From an uncultured Clostridia bacterium (GTDB lineage Bacteria > Bacillota > Clostridia > TANB77 > CAG-508), in contig CALXKD010000005.1 in assembly GCA_944388795.1 (NCBI GenBank), forward strand, positions 4,863 through 68,862: 64,000 nucleotides of DNA. The letters run 5' to 3'. A program made the position numbers and the translations under genes. This document shows, in pieces, positions 10,213 to 20,108 of this stretch (position 1 is the first letter of the stretch; each line of letters opens with the position of its first letter). The notes under the pieces are model-generated. The model was not told the origin of the DNA. It made no database searches and was given only the letters and a program-made list of their open reading frames with translations.

Positions 10213-11283
10213 ATGAATTTAAATATAAAAATAAGAGGGAATGATAAAAAAGAAATCTTTAAATTATTAATGATACTCACAGCTATAAATATTTTGATAA
10301 CAATAGTTATATTTATGTTTGCAAATGTACAAATTTTAAAAACAATTATTTTATATATCATGTCTGTTGTTTATGTGGGATTAGCAATATATATTATAAA
10401 AAAAGAAAATGAAGAAGTTACAACAACTGCAAAAGAATCATTTGAAAATAAATATGATCCGATATTAACAAGATTTTTTATTAAAAATGAATTTACATTA
10501 GATAATGAACTATTAAATGCAGAAATATATTATCTTATAAAAAAAGGATATGTGTATGTTGACAAAGAAAAAAACATGTTAAAATTAAAGGACAGAAATC
10601 AGTTTAAACAAATGGATGCTTTAGAAAAAATAGACAGCAATAAAATAAGAGAATATTCGAGCGATGAAATTCCTTCTTATGAAAGTATGTTTATTGGTAA
10701 AATATTATTTGCTTTTCATGATGAAATAGAGTTAAATGAATTTAAAAGAAATCAAAAAGAAAATTATTATTTACAAAGAGGAGAAATTTGTAAATTAACA
10801 ATGGAAAAAATGATTTTATATGAAATCGAAAAAAGGCAGATGATGGGAACAACCAATAATTTTAACTTTATCTCTATTGCAGGTATTTTAAATATTATTA
10901 CTTCAATTATCTTATTTATGGTTATGGGTAGATTTAATATTATTTTATTATTAGCTACTATTATAAATATTGCATTAAATGCAATTATCATAAAAAATGA
11001 AAATATCTTATCATATAAATATTCAGAAGAAATTACAAAATATATAGATGATTTGTTGGAGTATGTTGAAATATTGAAAAAGAAAAATAATGATTCAAAG
11101 CCTATATCCATAGTAAATCAAAGTAATTCTGCAGAAAATGAATTGGATACAGAATTGAAGGAAAAACAAGATGAATTAAGTGAAGAAAATGAAGATAATA
11201 GTGATATTGTAAAACAGGAGGATAATTTGTATTCTGATGAGGAATTAGCGTTATTATTTGGAATACAAAAGCTTGAATTTTAA
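10213..11283 (+). CDS. hypothetical membrane protein (two TM pairs, acidic tail), co-oriented with the sbcDC-like genes
   Basis: GGGGGAAG RBS, 16 nt after the previous stop. Predicted TM helices near the N-terminus and around aa 215-260. No family recognised. Confidence 0.6.
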   Translation: MNLNIKIRGNDKKEIFKLLMILTAINILITIVIFMFANVQILKTIILYIMSVVYVGLAIYIIKKENEEVTTTAKESFENKYDPILTRFFIKNEFTLDNELLNAEIYYLIKKGYVYVDKEKNMLKLKDRNQFKQMDALEKIDSNKIREYSSDEIPSYESMFIGKILFAFHDEIELNEFKRNQKENYYLQRGEICKLTMEKMILYEIEKRQMMGTTNNFNFISIAGILNIITSIILFMVMGRFNIILLLATIINIALNAIIIKNENILSYKYSEEITKYIDDLLEYVEILKKKNNDSKPISIVNQSNSAENELDTELKEKQDELSEENEDNSDIVKQEDNLYSDEELALLFGIQKLEF

Positions 11284-11322
11284 ATGAAAGATTTAATATA
11301 TATAAAATAATAAATAAAAATG

Positions 11323-11360
11323 AAAAACCAGATCATTCCACTAGGATTGATCTGGTTTTT
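11323..11360. terminator. bidirectional hairpin terminator between convergent genes
   Basis: 13-bp stem aaaaaccagatca (11323-11335) / tgatctggttttt (11348-11360). The right arm overlaps the last codons of the minus-strand ORF. Confidence 0.55.
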
Positions 11361-12324
11361 CATATTCATCATAATATACTCGGATTTTTTCTCCTGCAAA
11401 GAATCGATTGTATGCCTCTAAATCAAACTGGTCTTCATGTGTTATTGAAAACCAATTTGCTGCTGCAATGTAAGCCATTAATAAACTCTCTCTATTTATA
11501 TTCTTTTTAGATAAAATTGTATGTTGTGCTATACAACTTATCATTGTAGAGAAAAAATTGCTAAAACTTTTAATATGCAGATTCTTCTTAATGCATATCA
11601 GGTAAGCAATTAAGAAAAAACTATTGCAACAAGCAGAAATTAATATATTGGGGAAATGAAAAATAGTAAAAATGTAACTAATAAATATATTAATTATTGA
11701 TACAATGATAAAGGAAACGGTGGTATCTATGGTAGATGAAATCACTTTCTCCTTTGTATCACAGTACTTGTCAATCTGACTAGCCCGCATTAATTCTGTT
11801 ATATCGTACGGAAGCCGCTGCTTCTTTTTTAAGAAGTTAATAATCATGTGTTCAGCTGCATGATTACTCCTCAGAAAAGCAGAACACCGCTTGTTTTCAG
11901 CAGAAATAACTTTAGATACTGTGATTAGTACCATTATAATGCAGGTTAAAATAGAGGATGTTATAAAATCAAAAGTGTAAAAATTAAAAACATTTGTAAG
12001 AACGAATGTCAAATAAAATGAGAGAAAAATAAATAAAATTGTGTAAACGATTTCATTTGACTTTTCAATCTTTAACTTTTGAGCTTCTATCTTTTTTTGC
12101 ATTTCCCGCATTTTTTTGGTTTCTGCATTATCCCAATTGTTAGCTGTTATCTCCTGAAAACTGTACTTGTAGTGATAAGGAGATTCACGAGTTACTAAAA
12201 CCCGTTGTGTGGGATTAAAATACATCCCTATAGCATTATCTCTGCTTACTGCCTGTATTACCTCATACGGATTTCTTCCTGAAATCATTGGCTGTATATT
12301 ATGAAGTGGAATTTTTTTTGTCAT
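11341..12324 (-). CDS. hypothetical polytopic membrane protein with HAAEH motif (possibly distant DUF1385-like); atypical codon usage
   Basis: AAGGAAG RBS before ATG 12324. Soluble N-domain, short coiled coil, several TM helices, and the motif NHAAEH...CDT. Visibly higher G+C than its neighbours, and three in-frame CGG codons. Confidence 0.6.
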   Translation of the reverse strand: MTKKIPLHNIQPMISGRNPYEVIQAVSRDNAIGMYFNPTQRVLVTRESPYHYKYSFQEITANNWDNAETKKMREMQKKIEAQKLKIEKSNEIVYTILFIFLSFYLTFVLTNVFNFYTFDFITSSILTCIIMVLITVSKVISAENKRCSAFLRSNHAAEHMIINFLKKKQRLPYDITELMRASQIDKYCDTKEKVISSTIDTTVSFIIVSIINIFISYIFTIFHFPNILISACCNSFFLIAYLICIKKNLHIKSFSNFFSTMISCIAQHTILSKKNINRESLLMAYIAAANWFSITHEDQFDLEAYNRFFAGEKIRVYYDEYEKPDQS

Positions 12325-12392
12325 TTTCAAACTTCCTTTCCAATTTGAATACAAGTTTATGAGTTGCATAGTTTCATTTAGAAACTATATAT

Positions 12393-12421
12393 ATTATACC
12401 ATAAATTTACATAAAAGACAA
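12393..12421 (-). promoter_or_regulatory. sigma-A-type promoter candidate for ORF 11341-12324
   Basis: Minus strand reads TTGTCT, 17 nt, TATAAT, with TGg immediately upstream (extended -10). Confidence 0.45.
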
Positions 12422-12432
12422 TTTGGAGACAC

Positions 12433-12461
12433 TTGTAAAACATTTAAAAATATAGTATAAT
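12433..12461 (+). promoter_or_regulatory. sigma-A-type promoter candidate for prfA
   Basis: TTGTAA (12433-12438), 17 nt, TATAAT (12456-12461). Confidence 0.45.
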
Positions 12462-12495
12462 ATCAAAAGTGTTTTAGAAAAGAAGGAGAATATTT

Positions 12496-13557
12496 ATGTT
12501 TGAAAAATTAGAAACTGTAGAAAAGAGATATGATGAATTAACAAAAATGATTAGTGACCCAGAAGTGATATCTAATCATACAGAATGGCAAAAATTAATG
12601 AAGGAACATGCAAGTATTGAAGAAATTGTATTAAAATTTAGAGAATACAAAAAAGAGAAACAAGCAATGGAAGAAGCAGAAGAATTAATGAAAGATCCAG
12701 AAATGAAAGAGCTTGCAGAAGAAGAATATTATGCTTCAAAAGAAAAATTGCCAGAGATAGAAGAAGAATTAAAATTTTTATTAATTCCAAAAGACCCAGA
12801 TGATGATAAAAATATTATTTGTGAAATTCGTGCTGGTGCAGGAGGAGAAGAAGCAGCACTATTTGCAGGAACTTTATTTAGAATGTATACCATGTATGCA
12901 GAAAGAAAACACTGGAAATTAGAAGTCCTTAATGAAAATGAAACAGGACTTGGTGGATACAAAGAAATATCTTTCATGATTACAGGAAAAGGTGTATATA
13001 GTCGACTAAAATTTGAAAGTGGTGTTCATAGGGTTCAAAGAGTTCCAGATACAGAGAGTAGTGGAAGAATTCATACATCAACTGCAACTGTTGCGGTTTT
13101 ACCTGTTGTAGAAGATGTAGAAATTGAAATTAATCCGGCAGATGTTAAAATGGAGGTGTTCCGTTCATCAGGTGCTGGAGGACAACATATTAATAAAACT
13201 TCATCAGCTGTAAGATTAATTCACGAGCCAACAGGAATTGTTGTAGAATGTCAAACAGAGCGTTCTCAATTTCAAAATAGAGATAATGCAATGAAAATGC
13301 TTAGAACAAAATTATATGAAATTGAAAAACAAAAACAAGATAGTGAAATTTCAAATGCAAGAAAATCACAAGTAGGTTCAGGAGATAGAAGTGAAAAAAT
13401 TAGAACCTATAACTATCCTCAAGGAAGAATTACAGATCATAGAATTGGTATGAGTATTTATCAAATGGAAAATTTCTTAAACGGTGATTTAGATGAAATG
13501 ATAGATAATCTAATTGCAGCAGACAGAGCGGAAAAATTAAAAGGTGAAGAAGAATAA
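12496..13557 (+). CDS. prfA: peptide chain release factor 1
   Basis: GGQ motif ([11 protein letters not shown]), PxT-type recognition loop [14 protein letters not shown], typical length of 353 aa. Confidence 0.95.
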   Translation: MFEKLETVEKRYDELTKMISDPEVISNHTEWQKLMKEHASIEEIVLKFREYKKEKQAMEEAEELMKDPEMKELAEEEYYASKEKLPEIEEELKFLLIPKDPDDDKNIICEIRAGAGGEEAALFAGTLFRMYTMYAERKHWKLEVLNENETGLGGYKEISFMITGKGVYSRLKFESGVHRVQRVPDTESSGRIHTSTATVAVLPVVEDVEIEINPADVKMEVFRSSGAGGQHINKTSSAVRLIHEPTGIVVECQTERSQFQNRDNAMKMLRTKLYEIEKQKQDSEISNARKSQVGSGDRSEKIRTYNYPQGRITDHRIGMSIYQMENFLNGDLDEMIDNLIAADRAEKLKGEEE

Positions 13558-13564
13558 ATTAAAG

Positions 13565-13598
13565 AAGTACAGAGTTTGTTAAACTTTGTACTTTTATT
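13565..13598 (+). terminator. probable terminator after prfA
   Basis: 13-bp stem with one mismatch (13565-13577 / 13581-13593), then a T-rich tail. Confidence 0.45.
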
Positions 13599-13663
13599 CT
13601 ATATATTTACTTAAATTGTATACAATGATAAAATAATAAAAATGATATATATAGGAGGAACTT

Positions 13664-14782
13664 ATGAAAGATGTAAGAATAGAAACATTAGCGAATAATC
13701 TATTAAAAAATTCTGTTAAGTTAAGAGAACATGAAAATATTTTAATAGAAATATTAGGAGAGGATAGTATTCCATTAGCAAAAGAATTAATCAAACAGGC
13801 AGAAAATATGAGGGCAAATCCATATTTTAATATTGTAAATTATGAAATTTTAAGAGAAATGTTATTACATGCAAATGAAGAACAAATAAAATTATATGCA
13901 AAACATGATTTAGAAAGAATGAAAGATATGGATTGCTATATTGGAATCAGAGCAAGTAATAATACAGCAGAATTAGTGGATGTTCCAAAAGAAAAGATGG
14001 AATTATATAATACATACTATAATTTACCGGTTCACTTTGAAGAAAGAGTAAAACATACAAGATGGTGTATATTGCGATACCCAAATGCTTCAATGGCACA
14101 AATGAGTCATATGAGTTTAGAAAATTTTGAAGATTTCTATTTCAATGTGTGTAACCTAAATTATACAAAAATAGAAAAAGCAATGAATCCTTTAGTAGAA
14201 TTAATGAATAAAACAGATAAAGTACATATATTAGGAGAGGGGACAGATTTAACATTTAGTATAAAAGGGATTCCAGCGGAAAAATATTTTGGAACTTTCA
14301 ACATTCCTGATGGAGAAGTGGCAACAGCACCTGTAAAAACAAGTGTAAATGGATATATAACGTATAATACAGAAACCACATATAATGGCATTACATTTCA
14401 TAATGTAAGATTTGAATTCCAAAATGGTAAGATTATAAAGGCAACAGCAAATAAAGAAAAAGAAATTAATGAAATATTGGATACAGATGAAGGTGCAAGA
14501 TATATTGGAGAATTTGCACTAGGTTTAAATCCTTATGTAGAAAATGTTATAGGAGATACTTTATTTGATGAAAAAATAAGAGGAAGTTTCCATTTTACAC
14601 CAGGTGATGGTTTAGAAGAATGTGATAATGGAAATCGTTCAGCTATCCATTGGGATATTGTTAATATACAAACACCAGAATATGGTGGAGGAGAAATTTG
14701 GTTTGATGATGTATTAATTAGAAAAGATGGTAGGTTTGTGTTAAGAGAATTAGAAGGATTAAATCCAGAAAATTTAAAATAA
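13664..14782 (+). CDS. aminopeptidase, M29 (AmpS/PepS) family
   Basis: Size of 372 aa and motifs (EGARYIGEFALGLNP, HWDIV) are typical of thermophilic-metalloprotease M29 aminopeptidases. AGGAGGAA RBS. Confidence 0.8.
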   Translation: MKDVRIETLANNLLKNSVKLREHENILIEILGEDSIPLAKELIKQAENMRANPYFNIVNYEILREMLLHANEEQIKLYAKHDLERMKDMDCYIGIRASNNTAELVDVPKEKMELYNTYYNLPVHFEERVKHTRWCILRYPNASMAQMSHMSLENFEDFYFNVCNLNYTKIEKAMNPLVELMNKTDKVHILGEGTDLTFSIKGIPAEKYFGTFNIPDGEVATAPVKTSVNGYITYNTETTYNGITFHNVRFEFQNGKIIKATANKEKEINEILDTDEGARYIGEFALGLNPYVENVIGDTLFDEKIRGSFHFTPGDGLEECDNGNRSAIHWDIVNIQTPEYGGGEIWFDDVLIRKDGRFVLRELEGLNPENLK

Positions 14783-14873
14783 AAATATAAAATACTTTTA
14801 TATACAATGAAAGTAATAAAATAAAACTCTTTAAAATAAACTAAAATAAAGTATATTTTAAGGAGTTTTTTTC

Positions 14874-15618
14874 ATGCAAGAAATTATAAAAACAACTATA
14901 ATAGGATTATTTTTTGGAACCTTTGGAACGACGATAGGTGGAGTTATCGGTGTTATCACAAAAAAACATTCTAAAAAATTTTTAAGTTTTGTATTGGCAT
15001 TTGCTTCTGGACTGATGATGGCGATTATCTGTTTTGATTTAATACCAGAAGCACTAGACATTAGTAATTTACTAAATGCTATTTGGGGAATCCTATTAGG
15101 AATTGGTATGATGATTTTTTGTGATAAATTAGTTGAAAAAAAGTTTCGTATTGAAGAAACAAATATAAGTAAAAATAATACTTTGCTAAAAACAGGAATC
15201 ATTGTATCGATTGGATTAGCCATTCATAATTTCCCAGAAGGATTAGCCATTGGATCAGGATTTGGAGCCTCTATTAAATTAGGCCTAAGTTTAGCAATCG
15301 CTATTTGCTTACATGATATACCAGAAGGGATATCTATGGCGATTCCTATGAAAAATGGAGGAATGAAAAAAAGTAAAGTCATATTTTTAGTTGTTATGTC
15401 AGGAATTACTACGGGAATAGGGGCTTTGGTAGGAGCCATTATTGGAGGAATATCAGACGAGGTAATTGCGATTTGCTTAAGTTTTGCAGCAGGTGCTATG
15501 TTATATATTATTTCTCGGAGAATTAATTCCAGAAGCTAATAATTTGTATCATGGCAGAATGACAGCAATTGGAAATATAATAGGATTTTTATTAGGATTA
15601 TTTGCGATGATGTTATAA
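14874..15618 (+). CDS. ZIP-family divalent metal transporter (ZupT/GufA-like), frame interrupted at CGG 15516-15518
   Basis: HNFPEGLAIG and HDIPEGISMA ZIP signatures. The 0 frame stops at 15539. The +1 frame from GGA 15517 gives GELIPEANNLYHGRMTAIGNIIGFLLGLFAMML-stop at 15618, the expected last TM helix. Confidence 0.8.
15516..15519 (+). other. frame-break site UCU CGG A (continuation in +1 frame from GGA 15517)
   Basis: AGAMLYIIS | GELIPEA is continuous with the ZIP family C-terminus only if c15516 is skipped. Confidence 0.75.
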
Positions 15619-15641
15619 AATAATAAATTTAAGAAAAATTC

Positions 15642-15670
15642 TTGACAAATAGATTAAAACCTTATAAAAT
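15642..15670 (+). promoter_or_regulatory. sigma-A-type promoter candidate for the RhuM gene
   Basis: TTGACA (15642-15647), 17 nt, TAAAAT (15665-15670). Confidence 0.45.
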
Positions 15671-15724
15671 ACAAACAAAAGTTCAATAGAATACAGGTGT
15701 TAAGAATAGAGGAGGAAATTAAGG

Positions 15725-16742
15725 TTGAATAATATAGAAAATTTAAAGGATTTAATCATATATCAAAGTCAGAATAATAAAAATATATCAGTAGAGGTTT
15801 TATATAATGAAGAAGATTTTTGGTTAGCTCAAAAATCAATGGCAAAATTATTTAATGTGGCAGAAAATAATATTACATATCATTTACAAAATATTTTTAA
15901 AACAGAAGAACTAGAAGAAATTCGAACTACTCAAAAAATTAGAGTAGTTCAAAAAGAAGGAAATAGAAAAGTTTCAAGAGAATTAACATTCTATAGTTTA
16001 GATGCTATTATAGCAGTTGGTTATAGAGTAAACTCAAAAGAAGCAACAGACTTTAGAATTTGGGCAACAAAGACATTAAAAGAATATATTAAAAAAGGGT
16101 TTGTTGTGAATAGTGAGTTTTTAAAAAATGGACCAAAATTTGGAAAAGATTATTTTGATGAGTTATTAGTCAAAATAAAAGAAATTAGAGCAAGTGAAAG
16201 AAGGTTTTACCAAAAAATAACAGATATCTATAAAGAATGTAGCTATGATTATGATAAAAATAGTGAAACAACGCAAGAATTTTATAAAAATGTTCAAAAT
16301 AAATTACACTATGCAATTACAGGAATGACTGCTCCTGAGATTATTTATAATAGAGCAAACAGTGGAAAAGAAAATATGGGGTTAACTACATGGAAAAATG
16401 CACCAGATGGTAGATGTTACAGTAGCCAAAAATTATTTATTACAAGAAGAAATTACAGAGTTAAATAATTTAGTTTCAATGTATCTAGATTATGCAGAAA
16501 GACAAGTAAAGCTAGGTAAAATTATTTCAATGCAAGAATGGAAAGATAAGTTAGAAATATTTTTGAAAATTAACGAATATAATATTTTAAAAGATAATGG
16601 AAAAATAAAGAAAGAAATAGCAGATAAGCTTGCATTAGACGAATATAAAAAATATAGAATTATACAAGATAGAGAATATATATCTGATTTTGATGAATTA
16701 TTAAAAGAAACAAAAAAGTTAGAAAGTGGACAAGAAGGTTAA
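15725..16742 (+). pseudogene. RhuM-family protein, frameshifted (track ORFs 15725-16468 and 16398-16742)
   Basis: N-part WLAQKSMAKLFNVAENNITYHLQNIF...TWKNAPDGR and C-part DVTVAKNYLLQEEITELNNLVSMYLDYAERQ are the two halves of a RhuM protein in frames offset by +1. There is no CGG at the junction. Confidence 0.75.
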
Positions 16743-16849
16743 TTAAAAAGATGTTAAAAAATGTATATCAAAATGTGCTTGCTTTTTTAAATGAAATATA
16801 GTAGAATAAAAAACGCAAACAGATATTTGAAATAAAGGAGTAAAAATAC

Positions 16850-19174
16850 ATGCAAGATATATTAAAAGGATTAAATGATAAACAATATGAAGCAGTTGTA
16901 AACACAGAAGGACCATGCTTAGTCATTGCAGGTGCAGGAAGTGGTAAAACAAAAGTATTAACACATAAAATTGCATATTTAATAGGAGAAAAAGGTGCAA
17001 AACCATGGGATATATTAGCTATTACCTTTACCAATAAAGCAGCAAATGAAATGAAAGAAAGAATTGCTAATTTAGTGGGAGATGATGCAAAAGATATTTG
17101 GATGGGAACATTCCACTCTATTTGTGTTAGAATTTTAAGAAGATTTATTGATAGAATCGGATTTGATTCTTCATTTATTATATTTGATACATCAGATCAA
17201 AGAACATTGGTGAAAAACTGTATGAAAGATTTAGCAATTGATGATAAATTATTTAATGATAGAAGTGTGTTATCTGAAATTAGTAATGCAAAAAATGAAA
17301 TGCTAGAGCCTGAACAATATACAGCAAGAGCAAATTCTGATTTTCGAAAAGAAAAAATAGCCACAGTTTATGAATTATATCAAAAACGATTAAAAGAAAA
17401 TAATGCGATTGACTTTGATGATATCATTAATTATACAATAAAAATTTTAATGGAAAACCCAGATGTTTTAGAATATTATGCAAATAAATTTAAATATGTA
17501 TTAGTAGACGAATACCAAGATACAAATAAAGCACAATTTACATTAGTTACATTATTAGCATCTAAAAATGGAAACATTACAGTTGTAGGTGATAATGACC
17601 AAGGAATCTATAGCTTTAGAGGAGCAGATATTTCAAATATTTTAAATTTTGAGAGAGACTTTCCAGGAACAAAAATTATTAAACTAGAGCAAAATTATAG
17701 ATGTACGGGAAATATTTTAAAAGCCGCAAATAGTGTTATTAAAAACAATGAAGTGAAATATAAAAAAGAATTATGGACACAAAATGAAGAGGGTAATCTT
17801 CCAAATGTATATCAAGCTGATAATGAATATGATGAAGCAACCTATATTGTGACACAAATAGAACATTTAAAAAGAGAAGAATATTATAAATATTCAGATT
17901 TTGCTATTTTATACAGAATGAATACCCAATCAAGAGCAATAGAGGATATTTTAAGAAGAGAAAATGTACCATATAAGATTGTTGGTGGTTTAAAATTCTA
18001 TGAAAGAAAAGAAATTAAAGATATTATTGCCTATTTACGATTGATTCAAAATGGTTCTGATAATTTGAGTTTAAAAAGAATTATTAATGAACCGAAAAGA
18101 GGAATTGGAAAGACAAGCTTAGAAAAAATAGAGCTATTAGCAGAGCAAAATGAAACATCTATGTATGAAGTGATTAAACATGCTGACCAATATGGATTAA
18201 ATAGAGTATATTTAAATTCTAGAGAATTTGTAAATGTGATAGAAGAATTAAAAGATAAGAAAGATGAACTAGTCATATCAGAGTTAATAAAAGCAACTTT
18301 AAAGAAAACAGGATATACAAAAGCATTAGAAGAGGAAAATACGATAGAGGCAGAAAACAGAATAGAAAATTTAGAGGAATTTTTAACAGTTGCCATTGAA
18401 TTTGAGGAGGAATATGCAGAAAACTCTTTAAGCCAATTCTTAGAAGGAATTACTTTATCTTCTGATATTGATAATGTAGAAGAAGATGAAGATTCTGTAA
18501 CACTTATGACATTACATAGTGCAAAAGGATTAGAGTTTCCAGTTGTATTTTTGGTAGGAATGGAAGAAGGTATTTTCCCTGGATATAAATCCATTTCGGA
18601 GCCAAAAGAATTGGAGGAAGAAAGACGTTTATGTTATGTAGGAATTACAAGAGCAAAAGAACATCTATATTTAACTTGTAGTAAACAAAGAACCATTTTT
18701 GGATCAACAAGTTACAATCCAGTCTCTAGATTTTTAAAAGAAATACCAGAAGACTTATTAGAAGGATATAAAGAAGCATTTGGCGAAGAGGATCATAATA
18801 AAAATCAGATGTTTAAAGATTCAAATTATACATGGACTTATGGAAGTAAGGATAATGGAAATATAAAAACATATAAAATTGGAGAAAGAGAATCTGTTGG
18901 AGTGGCAGCAAAGTCAAATAAATTAAATAATTCTGGATTTGCTTTTAGAACGGCAGAAAGCTTTTTAAATAACTTAGGAAAGAAACCAACATCTAATCAT
19001 CAGGTAGACTTATCAAAATATGAAGCAGGTGTGAGAGTATATCATAAAAAATTCGGAGAGGGTACAATTAATAAAGTAGAGCCAGAAGGAGAAGATTTAA
19101 AAGTAGATATTAGTTTTGATAAGGTGGGACATAAACGATTAATGGCAAAATATGCGAATCTGGAAATTATATAA
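16850..19174 (+). CDS. pcrA: ATP-dependent DNA helicase PcrA (UvrD family)
   Basis: Motif I AGAGSGKTKVLTHKIAYL, motif II DEYQDTN, TLHSAKGLEF, VGITRAK; 774 aa. Confidence 0.9.
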   Translation: MQDILKGLNDKQYEAVVNTEGPCLVIAGAGSGKTKVLTHKIAYLIGEKGAKPWDILAITFTNKAANEMKERIANLVGDDAKDIWMGTFHSICVRILRRFIDRIGFDSSFIIFDTSDQRTLVKNCMKDLAIDDKLFNDRSVLSEISNAKNEMLEPEQYTARANSDFRKEKIATVYELYQKRLKENNAIDFDDIINYTIKILMENPDVLEYYANKFKYVLVDEYQDTNKAQFTLVTLLASKNGNITVVGDNDQGIYSFRGADISNILNFERDFPGTKIIKLEQNYRCTGNILKAANSVIKNNEVKYKKELWTQNEEGNLPNVYQADNEYDEATYIVTQIEHLKREEYYKYSDFAILYRMNTQSRAIEDILRRENVPYKIVGGLKFYERKEIKDIIAYLRLIQNGSDNLSLKRIINEPKRGIGKTSLEKIELLAEQNETSMYEVIKHADQYGLNRVYLNSREFVNVIEELKDKKDELVISELIKATLKKTGYTKALEEENTIEAENRIENLEEFLTVAIEFEEEYAENSLSQFLEGITLSSDIDNVEEDEDSVTLMTLHSAKGLEFPVVFLVGMEEGIFPGYKSISEPKELEEERRLCYVGITRAKEHLYLTCSKQRTIFGSTSYNPVSRFLKEIPEDLLEGYKEAFGEEDHNKNQMFKDSNYTWTYGSKDNGNIKTYKIGERESVGVAAKSNKLNNSGFAFRTAESFLNNLGKKPTSNHQVDLSKYEAGVRVYHKKFGEGTINKVEPEGEDLKVDISFDKVGHKRLMAKYANLEII

Positions 19175-19188
19175 ATTGGAGGAATATA

Positions 19189-19746
19189 ATGAAAAAATTA
19201 ATTATTGATATGGATGATGTTTTGTGTGAAAAGGGTTTTTTACGAATGGTTAATGCGTTTTTGGGAACAGATTATCAGGAAGAAGATGCAGGATCATATT
19301 ATATCAATGATTTGATTCCAAAAGAAAAATTTTCAGAGTGGTTACAATTTTTTGAGGAAAACAATGTATATGACTATGTGAATTTGAAAGAGAATGTACA
19401 AGAAGTACTAAAAAAATTAAACGAAACATATGATATCTATATTGCTACATCTTATGTGTTTAGAGATGATAATCAATTATCTGGAAAATCATTAAAGGAT
19501 AAGTTTGAATATTTGTATAAAAACTTTCCTTTTATTAATCCAGAAAAATATATTTTTATAACCAATAAAGAAATCATAAAGGCAGATATCAGAATTGATG
19601 ATAGTATTCAAAAATTAGAAGGAGATGCAGAAATAAAATTATTATTTACAGCATATCATAATGTAAATATATCAGAGGAAGAATTAAAAAAGAAAAATTT
19701 AATTAGGGTAAATGATTGGAAAGAAATTGAGAAAATTTTATTATAA
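19189..19746 (+). CDS. 5'(3')-deoxyribonucleotidase-like HAD hydrolase
   Basis: N-terminal DxDxV motif (IIDMDDVL), about 185 aa, overall NT5C-like layout. Confidence 0.65.
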   Translation: MKKLIIDMDDVLCEKGFLRMVNAFLGTDYQEEDAGSYYINDLIPKEKFSEWLQFFEENNVYDYVNLKENVQEVLKKLNETYDIYIATSYVFRDDNQLSGKSLKDKFEYLYKNFPFINPEKYIFITNKEIIKADIRIDDSIQKLEGDAEIKLLFTAYHNVNISEEELKKKNLIRVNDWKEIEKILL

Positions 19747-19804
19747 TTTTATTATACGATGAAATTTATAAAGTTTATCAATAAATATATAAAAAATAAC
19801 TAAA

Positions 19805-19846
19805 AATAACTTTTGTATAAAATCATGTACAAAAGTTATTTTTTTG
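19805..19846 (+). terminator. rho-independent terminator
   Basis: 13-bp perfect stem aataacttttgta (19805-19817) / tacaaaagttatt (19828-19840), then TTTTT. Confidence 0.65.
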
Positions 19847-19909
19847 GAATAAATTTGATAAAACAGGAAATACTGAATAAAGAAATATATAAGAAAGGAA
19901 TGATTAAAA

Positions 19910-20098
19910 ATGGCAGACTTAAACCAAATGGAATTACAACATTTAAGACATCTAATAGGAGCACATGAAACAGCATATCAAAAATTAAATACGTATTCAT
20001 CACAAGCAGTAGATCCACAAATAAAACAACTTTTTACCAAATCTGCTCAAGATGCTTTAAATACAAAACAAAAATTAATGACATTTTTAAATAATTAA
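19910..20098 (+). CDS. small spore coat protein, CotF-associated (YraE-like)
   Basis: 62-aa helical protein (ELQHLRHLIGAHETAYQKL) directly upstream of a CotF-family gene. RBS AAAGGAA. Confidence 0.55.
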   Translation: MADLNQMELQHLRHLIGAHETAYQKLNTYSSQAVDPQIKQLFTKSAQDALNTKQKLMTFLNN

Positions 20099-20108
20099 GG
20101 AGGGTTTT

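Noticed and set aside
18046-18594. Antisense or nested ORFs from the six-frame track, for example 83-310, 1437-1640, 1997-2500, 10767-11111, 14858-15439, 18046-18594, 21053-21400, 24220-24522, 25503-25979, 26071-26493, 28554-28808, 29411-29869, 50372-51127, 52784-53017 and all the 60-90-aa ones inside the adhesin genes.
   Set aside because: Each lies wholly inside, and opposite to or out of frame with, a long CDS that has clear conserved motifs. They have no RBS and a low-complexity I/F/L/S-rich composition, as expected from reading AT-rich coding DNA in the wrong frame.
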